Source: Heteronotia binoei
Taxonomy: Eukaryota
Assembly: GCF_032191835.1 (NCBI RefSeq)
Contig: NC_083223.1
Location: 12,710,001 to 12,774,000, forward strand
Direction: 5' to 3'
DNA length: 64,000 nucleotides
Positions 24,390-37,966 of the stretch are shown in pieces (positions within the stretch are counted from its first letter, which is position 1; each line of letters opens with the position of its first letter). The notes under the pieces were generated by a model. That model was not told the origin of the DNA, did not search any database, and saw nothing but the letters and a program-made list of their open reading frames with translations. The translations under genes and the position numbers were made by a program.

Positions 24390-25330
24390 GCTGAAGCCAA
24401 CCCCCGAGCTGGAAGCGGCGGCGGCTCTCTCCGTGCCCGCTGAGAAAGCTTTCGAGGCCGCCGTGCAAACAGCAGCAGCAGCCCGGGAAGATGCTAGCGG
24501 CAGGCGCGGCTCTGGCTCCGGAGAGCGGCGGCTGCAGGCGCGGATTCGACTCGGCCTCCTCGGACGCCCCCTGGCGGCCACAGGCCGCCTCGCCGCGCTG
24601 AAGCCCAGCCCCTCTCTGTGACATCAGCCCTCGGCGCAGCCAGTGGCAGGCGGGCGGGCAGGCGGCCGGCCGGCCGGTTCCCTCCCTCTCCTCTCGGAGC
24701 GGCAGAAGTGCTCGGATGGACTCGCAAGCGCTGCTCCTCTCGCTCCTCCTGCTTTGGGGTCGGTGGGATCTGCGACGCGGGGAAAGGGCTTTTTTGGGGG
24801 CTTCCTGCAGCCGCTAGTTGGGATTACAACTCGCCCAGTGGGATGGCTTTTGCGGTCGCGGCTCCCTCCTGCAGCCGGTAAGTGAGCCCGGGGCTTTTCT
24901 CGCCTCGCCCGCGCATCGAGTTGGAGCTTCGGGGACGTTCAGCGGAGAGGGGGAGGTTTGGAAGGGGCTGCCTTCTTTTTTTCCCCCTTTTGCAATGCGA
25001 AAGCGGCGGTAGATGCACGCAAGCGGCTTTGCACGCGGAGAGAGGAGGGGGAGGTTGGAGAACAGCAACGGAGGAGGACAACTGAAAAGAGTTTTGTTTT
25101 CTTTTTTAAAAAAATCTGGCTCTTCGCTTCCGCGGACTCCCCCTTCTGCAGAGGCGAAGGGCAGGCTTCGCTGCTGTGCTCTCGTTGCAAAGCACGCCAC
25201 AGTCCGTGTGTGGCCGGGGTTTGGGCATGTTGCATGCTCCTTTCATGTTCGGATTTTTTCGCGTTCGGTGCCTATGAAAGGGCACTGGTCACTATGCGCG
25301 GATTGCAGCCTCCTTCCGAGGAGCTAAGAT
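24390..25330 (+). promoter_or_regulatory. CpG island, probable FLRT3 promoter and first-exon region
   Basis: Sharp rise in GC and CpG density (gcggcggcggc, gcggccggccggccgg), repeat-free, about 11 kb upstream of the coding exon; TGACATCA motif at 24619-24626. Confidence 0.7.
24620..24883 (+). other. FLRT3: Candidate non-coding exon 1 of FLRT3 ending at a consensus donor CCG|GTAAGT (GT at 24878); 5' boundary approximate
   Basis: Strong donor inside the CpG island on the FLRT3 strand; the start site cannot be determined from sequence. Confidence 0.5.
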
Positions 25331-25519
25331 GTTGGGGGAACTTTTCTAATTCTTGGGGGAAAGCGCATGCGAACAGCTACACCTAGGCTCGGGAAGCCTG
25401 TATTGCTGAAGTCAAGCTTTGTGGGCAAATGCTGGCGATGTGCCGCCTCGCATAGAAGAGACACAAACACGCACACGCACCCCCTGTAACATATTCTTCC
25501 TTCAGTGCAAAGCCAAAAT

Positions 25520-25940
25520 GGAGGGACGGTGGCTCCGTGGTAGAGCATCTGCTTGGTAAGCAGAAGGTCCCAGGTTCAATCCCCGGCATCTCCAACTAAA
25601 AAGGGTCCAGGCAAAGAGGCGTGGAAAATTTCAGCTTGGGACCCTGGAGAGCAGCTGCCAGTCTGAGGAGACAAGACTGACTGATGAACCCAGGGTCTGA
25701 TTCAGCAGAAGGCGGCTTCATGTATTTGGGAAGGGACGGTGGCTCAGTGGTTGAGCATCTGCTTGGAAAGCAGAGGGTCCCAGGCCAGGTTCAATCCCCA
25801 GCATGTCCCACGAAAAAGGGTCCAGGCAAGCAGGCGTGAAAAACCTCCATTTGAACCCCTGGAGAGCCACTGCCAGTCTGAATAGACGAGACTGACTTGA
25901 ATGGACCCAGGGTCTGATTCAGTAGAAGGCTACTTCATAT
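25520..25940 (+). mobile_element. Two head-to-tail copies of the same tRNA-derived SINE
   Basis: Starts at about 25520 and 25727. Older relatives lie at 140-347(-), 13084-13240(+), 35528-35732(-), 52826-53032(+) and 54696-54905(-). Confidence 0.88.
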
Positions 25941-28900
25941 AGTCACTGTTTGGCCCAATGCAGAATGTGAGCTAACAAAAGCCAATAAATCTCAGGAAAC
26001 TGGAGAAGCGCAGGCTTGTTAAGCTAAGAGCATGCATGCATGTAGTCGGTGGGGGGCAGAGATTGGCCATACTGAATATTTTGAACAATCTGCATTGTGA
26101 CTGTGTGCTGGTCATTAGGCGTCTGGGGAGGGGGCGGCTTTGTCCCTGCAGAAAAAAAAAAACAAACCTGTTGCTTCTTTGATCTCGCCTGTGACTGTGC
26201 GTTTTAACGAGGGGCAAAAGGCTGCAATTAATTAGGGGAAACTATGAGATAAGGAATGCAAAACAAAACTATTTCAGGGTGTAAATAGACAACAGGCCTG
26301 CTTTAAAAGAAGGTATCTTGCAAGTGAGAGCACAGCTGCCCAATACTGTAAACGTCTTGTTTTAAGGTTTTTCTCCCTACTGGCTGAATTTTTTTCTTAT
26401 AATATTACCCTATATCATATTTAATTCACTACCGACTACAAAAATTGGTTTTTAAGAAGATGTGGCTTAATCAGCATTGTCATGTATTGGGTAATTTTTT
26501 TTTTCATTGGGACTGCTTTAAATGCACATTCACTGGTAGTGATGGGTTTTTTTAAAAAAAAAAACCTCCAGTAATCGTCGATTTCAATCTGACTTACATT
26601 GTGGTTTATGGCAGTTAAGTGAGGAAATGAATTGAAGCCATTGGAACATAACTGACCACATAATCCAGTCTTGTCTTCTACATGTGTTTTCCAGTAAAAC
26701 TTTAGAATGTGCAAACCACACACACACACACACAGCACTATATGCTTTAAATTAAGTGCTGTGTTTAAACTGCAACTTTGATCAGAGGAATTGCTGCAGT
26801 CTTCATTGTCTAAATAAAAGCACTGTTACACGTTGTATCTTCAGCATTACCCAGAGGTAACCAATTATCCCCCCCCCCCCCGCAAAAAAAAGAAAACTAG
26901 CCAGAAACGACTGCCCTGTGTGTTCCAGTCTTTATAACACTTATAAACCTGCAGCTCAATTAAAATTATTTCCACAACTGAGTCAGGCAAGGCAGGACCT
27001 GGGGATGGGTTACATGTTTCCCATCTTCTCAAGCAATTCAAGTCATCCTTTTTACAACAGTAAATGGCGGCTGTTTTTACTGTGAAGGGAAACGCTGAGA
27101 AAAGTTTAATTGAAATTTGGGATCAGTAAGGCTTGCACATACTATTCAATCCGTCTCGCCTGGTTCCCTGTAGGAGGCTCTCTTGCCCAAGCAGAAGGTG
27201 TTCGAATTACAGCGATAACAAGACGAGCTGCATGTATGAATTCTGAACAGAAGCTTCAGCCACATCAAAACCTGGATCGCTTGAAAGAAATAGATTCCTT
27301 GTTGCTTCCCAAGGCATCCTGCTTAGGCTAATTTACCTGCACTTGGGGATATTAATACCTTAGAATTGAATATGCTTTTCCAGTATTGCAGAGGCCAAAC
27401 TTAAGAATGCACCAGAATAGAATTTTCTTTCTACCAAAGCAAATTTCAATAACTCTTTTTTAAAATTATTTTTTCCCTTTGATTCAAAGTTGCTTTCCAA
27501 TTCTGTAGCCTGCCCCCCCCCCTTTTAAGGAGTCATGGCCACCTTCTTACACCAAATCTTTATTTAAAAATTGCAAAGGGAGCTTCAGATTCTATTTAAA
27601 AGCACATTCTCCCCCCTCCTCCGGAAAACAAGTTCAACAGAATTAAGTCACTGCTAGAAGTAAAACAGCTTTTTTTGCACAGCAGATTCCTCCCCCCCCC
27701 CCCAACAATCCTCCACTGCTCTCTTTCCAGAAGCCTTTGTGTTTAAAGCAGAGAAACTGGACAGTATTATTTAAAAAAAAAAAAAGATCAGACTCTCAAC
27801 CTCTGTAAAGAGATTTCTTGTGGTGTGTGCTACCCCCCAGTGGGCAGAATTTCTCTGCTGCAAACACGGCGGTCTTCCCCTCTCAGAAACAAATGGGGCT
27901 GTCTGAAAAGCAAAACTAGGCATCTTTTTGGTCTTATGCTGCAGTTTTGACTCTCTTCCCCCCCCCCCCTTCCCCAAAAAAAAACAGCTGAAAACAATAT
28001 CCTAATACTGTTACCGGTTTCTCCTCCTGTTTCACTGCTCACTTGGAAAAAACGAATGGAACTCTGAAATGCCACTGCACATCTTTTTGCTTTGTTGCTG
28101 GGGGCGGGGGGGAGCTACAGCAGCATTCGACTCGGAAATATATTTCTAACACCCCACTTTGCATGGGAATGTCGGGTTTCAGGGGGCCATAACCTCCAAG
28201 TGCCCGGCTCGAAGATAATCTAAGCAACTAAACTGTTAAAAGGGGGCATTGTAAGAAAGGAGGTGTCCAAAAGAAATGACACGGTCACGAGGTTTAGTTC
28301 CAGCAACCAGTAATTAAATACATAAACAGCTGTTATTAAAATGTCAGTTATTGTTTGAGAAATGACCCCCAACATCGTAGTTGTTATACCCAGATAGCAG
28401 GAAGTGGGGGGGGGGGGGGAAGCAGGCTTCTAGATACAGTGTGGGTCTCAGTCAGAGCACAAGGCAAACTCTGAGGTCTACTCTGGTAAATTATGCAAAA
28501 GCAAATAATTGCTCTTAAGCTTCCGACAGTCCCAGCGATTGTTCTGCAATTGCCACAAAGTTGGCGTTATCATATTTGCAGAGACAGTCCATAGGCCACA
28601 GCAGACAGAGGCTGCTCTGGCTGTGTCACGTTGAGCTTGGAGAAGCTTACTTCCGAGTAAGCACTCCCAAGGGCTGAAATGCAGTCCCACATGATTCGCA
28701 TCAGGCTTCAAGGCCCTTCGGTGGAAAATGCTGTTTTTTCATGGCCTACAACAAAAGGGCATATAAGCATGCATACCACGGATGCCAGCCTCCAGGTGGG
28801 ACCTGGGTGTCCCTCAAAATGCAAGCTCATCTCCAGATGACAGAGGTCAGTTCCCCTGGAGAAAAGGAGGGTGGATTCTGTGGCCTTGTCCTCCACTGTC

Positions 28901-30632
28901 CTCCCCAGACTCCATCCCCAAATCTCCAAGAGTTTCCCAATCTGGATCTGGCAAAGCCAGAAACTCTGGATTGTTTACAAGACTTCTATCCAGTTAAAAG
29001 TTCAGCCATCAGCATCTTCTCATCTAGAAGTTTGCCTTTTTTTTTCATTGAACAGTGGCATTACACCTTCACCATTCGCCAGGACGGTGTGTAATACGTG
29101 CCACCAAAAAAAAAAGTCACGTTTCGGATAAGACTTGCCAAGCCATGCTCATCGTGTGAAGTTGGAGAACTTTAATTTAAAACTTCAACTGTTTCCTCCA
29201 ACGCTGACGATTAACAGAGCCAGCCTACTGAGGACAAAGTGTGAGCACGCCTGGATCCTGAACCGCGATGCAAATGCGAAACGTGCTTATTTCCATAATC
29301 CAAAGAAAATGTCCCTGAGAGAAGAAAAGGGGGGCAAAAGAGAGCTCTGGGGTCCACTCCTGAACAAAGCTTTGCATTCCTTTGCTCTCAGGAGGAAATT
29401 TTAAGCGGCTTCTGCTTCCCTAATGCTGAACAAAAGACGGGGGGGTGGGGCACCTTCCTGAAACACTACGCTCATGAAAATTGTAGCTACTAGACAAGGG
29501 TGGCTTAGGGAAGCATTCTGCTGTCACTATCAACTAACCCTGAGTAGTGCACTTAAGAAAAACAATGTTGTACACTTTGTTTCCCAGACAGCTGAGTCAT
29601 GTTTAACCAAAATAACTTTGTAAAGGTTTTTAATAGCAACCGCAGGCCGGGGAAGCGGCTGGATTGTAGACTGGGCTTTTTCGAAAGCCAGGCAGATCCG
29701 CTCAAACAAATTTCAGCAGCGAGGGGGCTGGGCGAGCAGATCTTTCCTGTGGACCGGGAAATAAATCAAAAGCGGGTTGCGCAGCACCAAAATTGCTGAC
29801 CAATCGTTTTCTAGTGCAGCCAAGGCAAATTAATTCTAGATGGCGTGCAGTTGACATTTATAGCCTGAGGAGATATATTTGAATCTGTAAAGGGCTCCTG
29901 CGGATGGCTGCTAGAGTGGGTCGACACATCTGAGCCCCTGCCACTGAATACAGAGAATCACCTGTGATTCTCTGGATTTTTTTTTTTTTAAACCAAGTAT
30001 CCAATAAGAACATCACTGGATTATCCCACTTTTGATTCAGAGCTTGGGTTCCTAGCTGAGAGCCTCTGCTGATTCTGGTTTTTTCAATAATCTAAAAGCT
30101 TTTCAAAATATATCAGAGCAAAAAACAAAAAGCTTCCATTATACAGTTACAGAATTGTATTAATGCCTTTGACGTACCATAATACAGTGTTTACACAGGT
30201 TAAATGTTACCATTGATCAAGAATATTGAATGCTACGTGACTGCAACCCGGTCCCCAAATGTTTCCAAGCAGGATGCTGATGCATTGCAAAGGAGTACAG
30301 TGAGAGCTCCCGCGATTTATTGAGAAAACCCTTAATTAGCTGGGATTTCTGCTCTTCCATTTGCTTCGTGTTTTGTTCAAAATTTAATGTTCCCTTTCAA
30401 AACCGCAGGCCCGTGAAGCTCCCAATTGGACATTTTAAAAAAAAAACTGACACTGCTTCTCTGTAGCAGTGGGGGGATATTTCTCTTTTCCGTCCTTGCA
30501 AACTCAGCTACGATGCCCGGATGGCAGGGAAAGCTCAAGAAAGGATAAGGCCAAGATAGGCGGCAAGATCCCCTTCTGTGTGGATAGATCACAGCTTGCC
30601 TTCATTATGCAGCCGCATTGTTGTCAGCAGTG

Positions 30633-30648
30633 GCCCTGCCTATAAAAG
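30633..30648 (+). promoter_or_regulatory. Candidate TATA box (TATAAAAG), possible alternative FLRT3 promoter
   Basis: Consensus TATAAAAG at 30641-30648 preceded by GC-rich gccctgcc, in a repeat-poor region; motif evidence only. Confidence 0.3.
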
Positions 30649-33600
30649 GGAAGTGCAGGATATCAAACTAAATCAAAACTAAAGAAAACTGTTCTCATTT
30701 GTCAATGAAAGAAACCGGGGGGGGGGGGGGGGGGGCTCTAGAAAGTTTAATCCACATTTCTGAAACAGTCTTTAAAAGAGGCTTGGTTTTATCCTTTTGT
30801 TTTGATGTCGTTTTTTGAGAGAAGAAGAGATTTAAAAGAAAAAAAAACTTTGCCACTTTCATTTTAATCCAACATTAAGACAAATACAATGGAGCAATGA
30901 GAGGCGTTGAATAGTAAACGGTACCAAAGGGAGATTTTAAACATATGGAAAGTTGGGGAGGGGGGGGGTGTTTCTGTCTCCAGAAAAAAGGTGCAGGGCC
31001 TTACTTGTTTGAGACTAGACACGCTGATATTCTGTATGTTCATTTTCAGCGTTTGCATGCAGTTTTTCCTGCAACACGACTTTACAGGAAATCCCTGCTC
31101 TTTAGTTAATGACTTTAAGTGACTTTATTTCCCATTCCTATACAATTCTTGCATCTTCTTCTAACCTTCCTTCACTATTCTGTGTTGCTACTGTTACTTC
31201 AAGCTACTTTTCCATTGCCCAAACTTAACATGGATGTAAACTAATATATCTCGCCCCGTGCAAGTTCCCAACAGTGGATTATAAAGTTTTAAAATGGATT
31301 ATAAACATACAGAACCTCATGGTTTCTCCGGTTGAGAGCAATGTTCCCTCTAAGCGGAGTTAGTGTGAGCTAGCTCACAGTTTTTTAGCCTCTGGCAGAT
31401 ATTTTTGTCTTAGCTCAGGAAGGATAGCCCCAGAGCAAACTAATTTATGCAGCAGCTCACAAAGTAGAATTTTTGCTCACAAGACTCCACAGCTTAATTG
31501 GGAGAGAGCTGGGCAGGGGCGGAATTAAAGAGTTTGCCAATTAAATGAGACGACTAGCTACTAGCTATTTGCCAGGCTGAAGGTTTATTTATTCCACCTC
31601 AAGTGATAATACTTTATCAGTGCTTCTTTTTTTAAAATCCGTACCGTATGTTCATACATATGACTTACAATTAATATCTCCCACATATGTATTTTCAAAT
31701 GCCAGAACTGTGAGTAAACTTTCATCTAGAATTAACACCCTTATGTTTAACAAACTTTCCTGATCTAAATAATCAGATTAATTCTACACAAATAGTATTT
31801 TAGAATTATATTTTAGCAAGATTCTTATGGCCAACCACAGAAAAGCCATCGTTTTCATGGGACCGGTTGTAATAAGGAAACGAAAGGAAAATGTAAATAC
31901 TTGCATCAGACTTGGGAACAATATAAACCAAGCAGTGATATGCTGCAGCCACCAGGAATCTATCTACATTGTTTGCTTTCTCAGAAGCAGAAATTCATGG
32001 CTAATTGGAGCCTATCCAATGTGGAAAGAGAAACAAATTTCAAGGTATACAGCAATCCTAAACATGTTTACTCAGGCATAAATGGCACTGTATTCAACAG
32101 GGTTTATTCCCTAATAAGGTTGCTTACAGCTGCACTCTACAGCATAGTTTCAGCATTTAGATTTTCAGTTGAATGAACTGTATATTTGGGGTAAGGATAT
32201 AATAACAGTCTCAGTGACTTTTCACAGCATGGTTATGGCTGGTGTACAAAACAGCCTAGTCAACCTGAGCTTTCAAAAAAAAAAATCAGAGTCACCTGAA
32301 TGGCCAAATTAAACGCACCCCGTGCATGAAATTTCACAAAACATTATGATGTTGGAATCTGGGCTGCTTGATAGCACTGCTCCCAAAACAGTCCTTCACT
32401 TGTCAAGATACAGCAAATGCAATATAGGTTCACTTTCCAAGCAAATGGCTCATTCTGAAGTACACATGTCTATAATTATATCTGTCTGTTCCTTGTTTTG
32501 GCACATGCCAAAGAGGCAAGCTTTCGGAGGCATTTTCAACAGCAATAATTGACAGAATTTGGAGCACTGGGTTGTTTGCCGGAGACAAATAAGTATCTTA
32601 AAGTGCTGGTCTTGTTTCTTGAAAACAGAAAACCAGAAACTTCTCCCATGAAGCAGGGCTCCAGCTTGTCGTCCAGAGAGTCACGTGTCACATTTAAAAA
32701 ACAGTGTTGGTTACTGGTCTGTTGATCAAAGCTGCCTTCCATTATTGTTTTGCTCAGCTCAAAAGCTGAACTTGAGAAAGCAATACACTACAGCTTTACA
32801 GCTTCGCTCAATTAACTTTCTCACGGTAACTCCCAGCGTTTAAAAAATGTTGAGGAAGATACATATTAAACCAGGAGTGGCCAAACTTGCTTAACGTTAG
32901 AGCCACATAGAATAAGCATCGGATGTTTGAGAGCCATGAAAGAAGGAAAATGGATAGATGGATGGATGGCTGATGGGGGAGAGAGAGGTGGAAAGAATGC
33001 AATTTTAACTTTAAATGCATTCTCCAAGCTGCTGGCTGGCTTGGGTTGGAGAAGTGATTTAAAGAGAGAAATGACTTCTCCAAGCTGGCCAACGGGGCAG
33101 TGGACGCTTCAAGAGCCACACAATATGTGTGAAAGAGCCACATGTGGCTCCTGAGCCACAGTTTGGCCACCCCTGTATTAGACAGCTAGTTACTTCTTTT
33201 CAATAACGATTAATTAATATTTGCTTGATTTCACAGGAAACTGGCTGAGTGAAATTCCAGAAAGGAAACTCCCCACCGGTATTAGCATGTTTGTCCCTTC
33301 AAAAAGGAAATTCTCCGAATTCAATAAAAACTCTCTACAATAAGTGAGCCCTGGAAGCCTGCAGACAGAATGAGGAAACGTTCTGAGCCAGAAACCCTGA
33401 TCGAGTGCTAAATGAACAGGGCAGCTCAGCAGGCATGGATTTACCAAGGCACGCCTATAGTTCAAAACTTCTACTTGGAGGATTTGGGGCAGAACAAAAT
33501 TCTAGTCCCTCCGTCTTCTGAAGAAGCCGTCATCATTCCAAGCCTTAGCATCATGAATGGCTTTGAAAACGTGGGGCTGAGTTTACTGTCTCTAACCATG

Positions 33601-35940
33601 ATGCTATGTAGGAGAGCTTGTAAGAATTACAAAGAAGGCAATTTTTGTTAAGGGTATTAAACCAAAACAAAAGGATCTCTTCACACAGAGACTTCAACAG
33701 CGGAAGAGGAACTACCTCCCCTCTTCTTCAAAGTCCCAGTCCTCCAAGAATCTAAAGCTTTTCATCCTCAACAACCTGATGTACTGCGAAAAAAACTTTA
33801 TGGGAATGTTAATTGACTATAGTGGGGCCTACACAGGGAAGCTGTTCTCCCACAAGGATCACTTGGGCTTCTACCGTGAAGGAAGTACAGCTGTGTGAAT
33901 TCAACTAGGAACTTCCCTCGAGTCAACAGGTTTTCGGAAAAAAAGTGAATTCCCACTGGATCTTAGCAAGCACAATAGGTTCTCTCGCATCTTTAAGTAA
34001 GGTAAGACCAATAAGATACTTCATTTGTTAAGTCATGAAAGAAAACTGTAAAAATTGTGTAGATAACTGGGGAAATCAAGTAAACAAAGTTTTAAGAGAT
34101 TTGTGAAGTATTAGATAACCATTAGTAATCTCAACCTGTATTTTAGCTACACTACAAAAGACCTTTCCAGTGTACAACCACATTGCACAACCAGCAAAAT
34201 TTCTAATAGTTTTCTTCCAACGCAATCCTAAAAAGAGTTGCGCTTTTGTAGGTGACTAATTCCATGGGTTTAGCACACAGCCCTATTTAAGACTTCACTA
34301 TTTTAGTGCCACTGAATGGATAGAAGACCATTTAATATTTATAAATAGCATAATATAAATACTATTATTATTTGTTCTTTATATTAAATGATGCCTTAAC
34401 ATAATATGTTGTAATCCTACAACTAATTCTTTCCGGCCTTGCAGCACGAAGTCAAAAGACTGCAGGACTGAGGTTTAGGCTTTCCATCTACCTGTTCTTC
34501 TGTATTGCCACACCCCTATATCGGAAAATTTGACAAATTCCGTGCTATTTCACTGAAGCAGCACTGTTAATTTTTCATGTGTCGGTTTATGAAATCTGTA
34601 CATAAGGTCAAAGAAGAGCACTTCTGCATTTAAAAAAGTCAGCCAGGCTTCCTTAATTACAACTCCAGCCAAGTGAACAGCTTGGAAGTGCTGCACACAT
34701 TTCATCACCTCTCATTATTAGATACTAAAAGAGAACTAATTACTCACCCAACAGTCACACTTTGCGAGAGTCAATCCTTCCTGCCCATTAACTCACCAAC
34801 AACCCCGGCAAGTCTTAAGCGAGGAGGGTTTGGAAACTACTTAACTATGAGCTTCGTTATTGCAATGTAGGCATGTTCATAGAATAGGCTGAAGCGGCAA
34901 ATTTTTAATCCCGTTAGCCCACGTGGTGTAAGTTCCAAATCATGTTGCCAGCCTCCAGGTGTGGCCTGGAGATCTCCCAGAATTACAACTGACCTTCAAA
35001 CTACAGACCCCTCCGTTCCCCTGGAGAAAATGGCTGCCTTGGAGGGTAAGACCCCGTGACATTACACCCCTCTGAGGTCCTCTCTTTGCACAAACCCTCC
35101 CCTGTCCAGGTTCTACCTCCGAATCCCCAGGAATTTCCCAACCCAGAGTTGGTAACCCTAGTTCCAGAGAATGATTCTAGTCCAAAGAGCTGTGTCAGCA
35201 AACTCGTCACATGGAATAGGCTTCTGAAGCTCTTCCTCGTGGAAACTGCTGTCAGGTTAGCACACACTGCCAATCAAAGTTGGGTGAAAACGTAATGTAA
35301 ATACAAAGGGGGAAACAGGAAAAAAACATAACATAAGAGGAGCCACGTTGGATCAGGCCAATGGCCCATCCAGTCCAACACTCTGTGTCACACAGGGGCC
35401 AAAAAAACCAAGGGCCATCAGGAGGTCCATCAGTGGGGCTCTGTTGCCCCTCCCAAACACCAAGAATACAGAGCTTCACTGCCCCAAACATTATGGTGCA
35501 TGCTTAGACATGCCTGAAAGACTTATTTGGATTCTGCCTTATATCAAATCAGACCCACTGGTCCATCAGGGTCAGTATTGTCTACACAGACTTGGCAACG
35601 GCTCTCCAGTGTTTTCAGGGCAGAGGTCTTTCCCATCCCCTGCTGTTTGATCCTTCTAACTAGAGATCTCAGGGATCAAACCTGGTACTTTCTGCATGCC
35701 AAGCAGATGCTTCCCCACTGATCTGCAGCCCCTTTTACAAGGTGAATTGATTGATAGTAGGCCAAACGAGAAAGCTGTAAACCAACTAAGACACAAACAT
35801 TTCTTTCTCAAATAAACATTACCACCTGGAATCACATTTGCTTGGACATAGAGTGTATACATGGACAGAAACCTGTCTGACTAAATCCTTGGCAGCGAAG
35901 GAATGCATACTTACTGCTCTCATTTGGTACTTTCTAGTAT

Positions 35941-35964
35941 TGACCTGGTTCATTTCTTTTCTAG
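35941..35964 (+). other. FLRT3: 3' splice acceptor of the FLRT3 coding exon (exon starts 35965)
   Basis: tgacctggttcatttcttttctag|gttgc: pyrimidine tract plus TAG, 52 nt upstream of the ATG; FLRT genes have non-coding upstream exons. Confidence 0.75.
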
Positions 35965-36016
35965 GTTGCTGAAAACCACCCTCTGACCTGTGGACAGACC
36001 TCACTGCAACCTGACC

Positions 36017-37966
36017 ATGATCAACGTAACTTGGAACTTCATCCTAATTTGGACCAAGATAGGGCTGCTGCTCAAAATGGCACCTCAGTCCGTCAGTGCC
36101 AAGTCATGCCCTTCAGTCTGCCGCTGCGACGCGGGTTTCATTTACTGCAACGACCGGGACTTGACATCGATTCCCGCTGGGATTCCAGAGGATGCTACAA
36201 CCCTTTACCTTCAGAACAATCAAATTAACAATGCTGGGATTCCTTCCGATTTGAAAACCTTGATCAAAGTGGAAAGGATTTATTTATACCACAACAGTTT
36301 GGATGAATTCCCTACCAACCTCCCAAAGTACATCAAAGAACTGCATTTACAGGAAAATAACATCAGGACAATTACTTATGATTCGCTTTCGCAGATTCCA
36401 TATCTAGAAGAACTGCATTTGGATGATAATTCTGTTTCTGCAGTCAGCATCGAGGACGGAGCCTTCCAGGATAATATCTATCTGAGGCTTCTTTTCCTCT
36501 CTCGAAATCACCTCAGCACTATTCCCTGGGGCTTGCCTAAAACAATAGAAGAGCTGCGCTTGGATGATAATCGTATTTCCACGATTTCGGAGCTGTCCCT
36601 TCAAGACCTTACAAATCTAAAACGCCTCGTTTTAGATGGGAATCTCTTAAACAATCATGGACTAGGAGAGAAGGTGTTTATGAACCTTGTCAATCTAACG
36701 GAACTCTCGTTGGTCCGGAACACCCTTGTAGCAGCCCCGACCAATCTGCCAGGCACAAATCTGAAAAAGCTTTATCTGCAAGAAAACCACATCAATCACG
36801 TACCACCCAATGCGTTTGCATACCTGCGGCAACTGTATCGACTCGATATGTCCAACAACAATCTAAGTAATTTACCTCCGGGTGTCTTTGATGACCTGGA
36901 CAATATAACCCAGTTATTTCTTCGCAACAACCCTTGGCACTGTGGGTGCAAAATGAAATGGGTCCGTGACTGGTTGCAGACGCTGCCTGTCAGGGTCAAC
37001 GTACGAGGACTGATGTGCCAAGCGCCCGAAAAAGTACGTGGGATGGCGATCAAGGACCTCAGCCCAGAGCTGTTTGACTGCAAAGATGAGGATATTGTAA
37101 GCACTATTCAAATAACTGCTTCAATACCAAACACTTTATACCCCATACAAGGACACTGGCCAGTTTCTGTGACCAAACCACCTGAAATAAAGAATCCTAA
37201 CATACACAGAAGCTATAGAACAACGGTTACCCCAGTACAGGAAACGATTACCATTGTGGTAAAGTCTGTCAGTACAGAAACTATACACATTTCTTGGAGA
37301 GTTGCACTACCCATGACTGCTTTGAGACTCAGTTGGCTCAAAATGGGTCACAGCCCTGTCTTTGGATCTATAACTGAAACGATAGTTACAGGAGACCGGA
37401 GCGACTATCTGCTTACAGCCCTTGAGCCTGATTCGCCGTACCGTGTATGCCTGGTTCCCATGGAAACCAGCAACATCTACCTGTCTGATGAAACGCCCGT
37501 TTGCATAGAGACCGAAACTGCGCCCCTTAAAATGTACAACCCTACAACCACCCTAAACCACGAACAAGAAAAAGAACCGTACAAAAATTCTAATTTGCCC
37601 TTAGCGGCCATCATAGGCGGTGCAGTGGCCCTGGTAGCAATTGCGCTGCTTGCTTTGGTCTGTTGGTACGTCCATCGGAACGGGTCCTTGTTCTCAAGAA
37701 ACTGTGCGTACAGCAAAGGCCGGAGGAGAAAAGACGACTATGCTGAAGCCGGGACTAAGAAGGACAATTCCATCTTAGAAATCAGGGAGACCTCTTTTCA
37801 GATGATCTCTTTGAACAATGAACAAGTATCCAAGGAGGAGTTTGTAATACATACTATATTCCCACCCAATGGAATGAATATATATAAAAACAACCACAGT
37901 GAAAGTAGCAGTAACAGAAGCTACAGAGATAGTGGCATACCGGATTCGGATCACTCGCATTCATGA
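36017..37966 (+). CDS. FLRT3: Fibronectin leucine-rich transmembrane protein 3, 649 aa, single coding exon
   Basis: Signal peptide, LRRNT ([19 protein letters not shown]), ten LRRs, LRRCT ([16 protein letters not shown]), FN3 domain, TM helix ([24 protein letters not shown]) and C-terminus [14 protein letters not shown] match my recollection of human FLRT3. The ATG at 36017 is in accATG context; the ORF-track start at 35990 is a GTG. Confidence 0.98.
   Translation: MINVTWNFILIWTKIGLLLKMAPQSVSAKSCPSVCRCDAGFIYCNDRDLTSIPAGIPEDATTLYLQNNQINNAGIPSDLKTLIKVERIYLYHNSLDEFPTNLPKYIKELHLQENNIRTITYDSLSQIPYLEELHLDDNSVSAVSIEDGAFQDNIYLRLLFLSRNHLSTIPWGLPKTIEELRLDDNRISTISELSLQDLTNLKRLVLDGNLLNNHGLGEKVFMNLVNLTELSLVRNTLVAAPTNLPGTNLKKLYLQENHINHVPPNAFAYLRQLYRLDMSNNNLSNLPPGVFDDLDNITQLFLRNNPWHCGCKMKWVRDWLQTLPVRVNVRGLMCQAPEKVRGMAIKDLSPELFDCKDEDIVSTIQITASIPNTLYPIQGHWPVSVTKPPEIKNPNIHRSYRTTVTPVQETITIVVKSVSTETIHISWRVALPMTALRLSWLKMGHSPVFGSITETIVTGDRSDYLLTALEPDSPYRVCLVPMETSNIYLSDETPVCIETETAPLKMYNPTTTLNHEQEKEPYKNSNLPLAAIIGGAVALVAIALLALVCWYVHRNGSLFSRNCAYSKGRRRKDDYAEAGTKKDNSILEIRETSFQMISLNNEQVSKEEFVIHTIFPPNGMNIYKNNHSESSSNRSYRDSGIPDSDHSHS

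Noticed and set aside
24300-25400. Multiple 60-140 aa ORFs over the CpG island
   Set aside because: Low-complexity Ala/Arg/Gly/Pro peptides typical of GC-rich non-coding DNA
35990-36016. 9-aa N-terminal extension of FLRT3 (658 aa)
   Set aside because: Starts at a GTG; the ATG at 36017 has good context and gives the canonical 649-aa protein with a signal peptide
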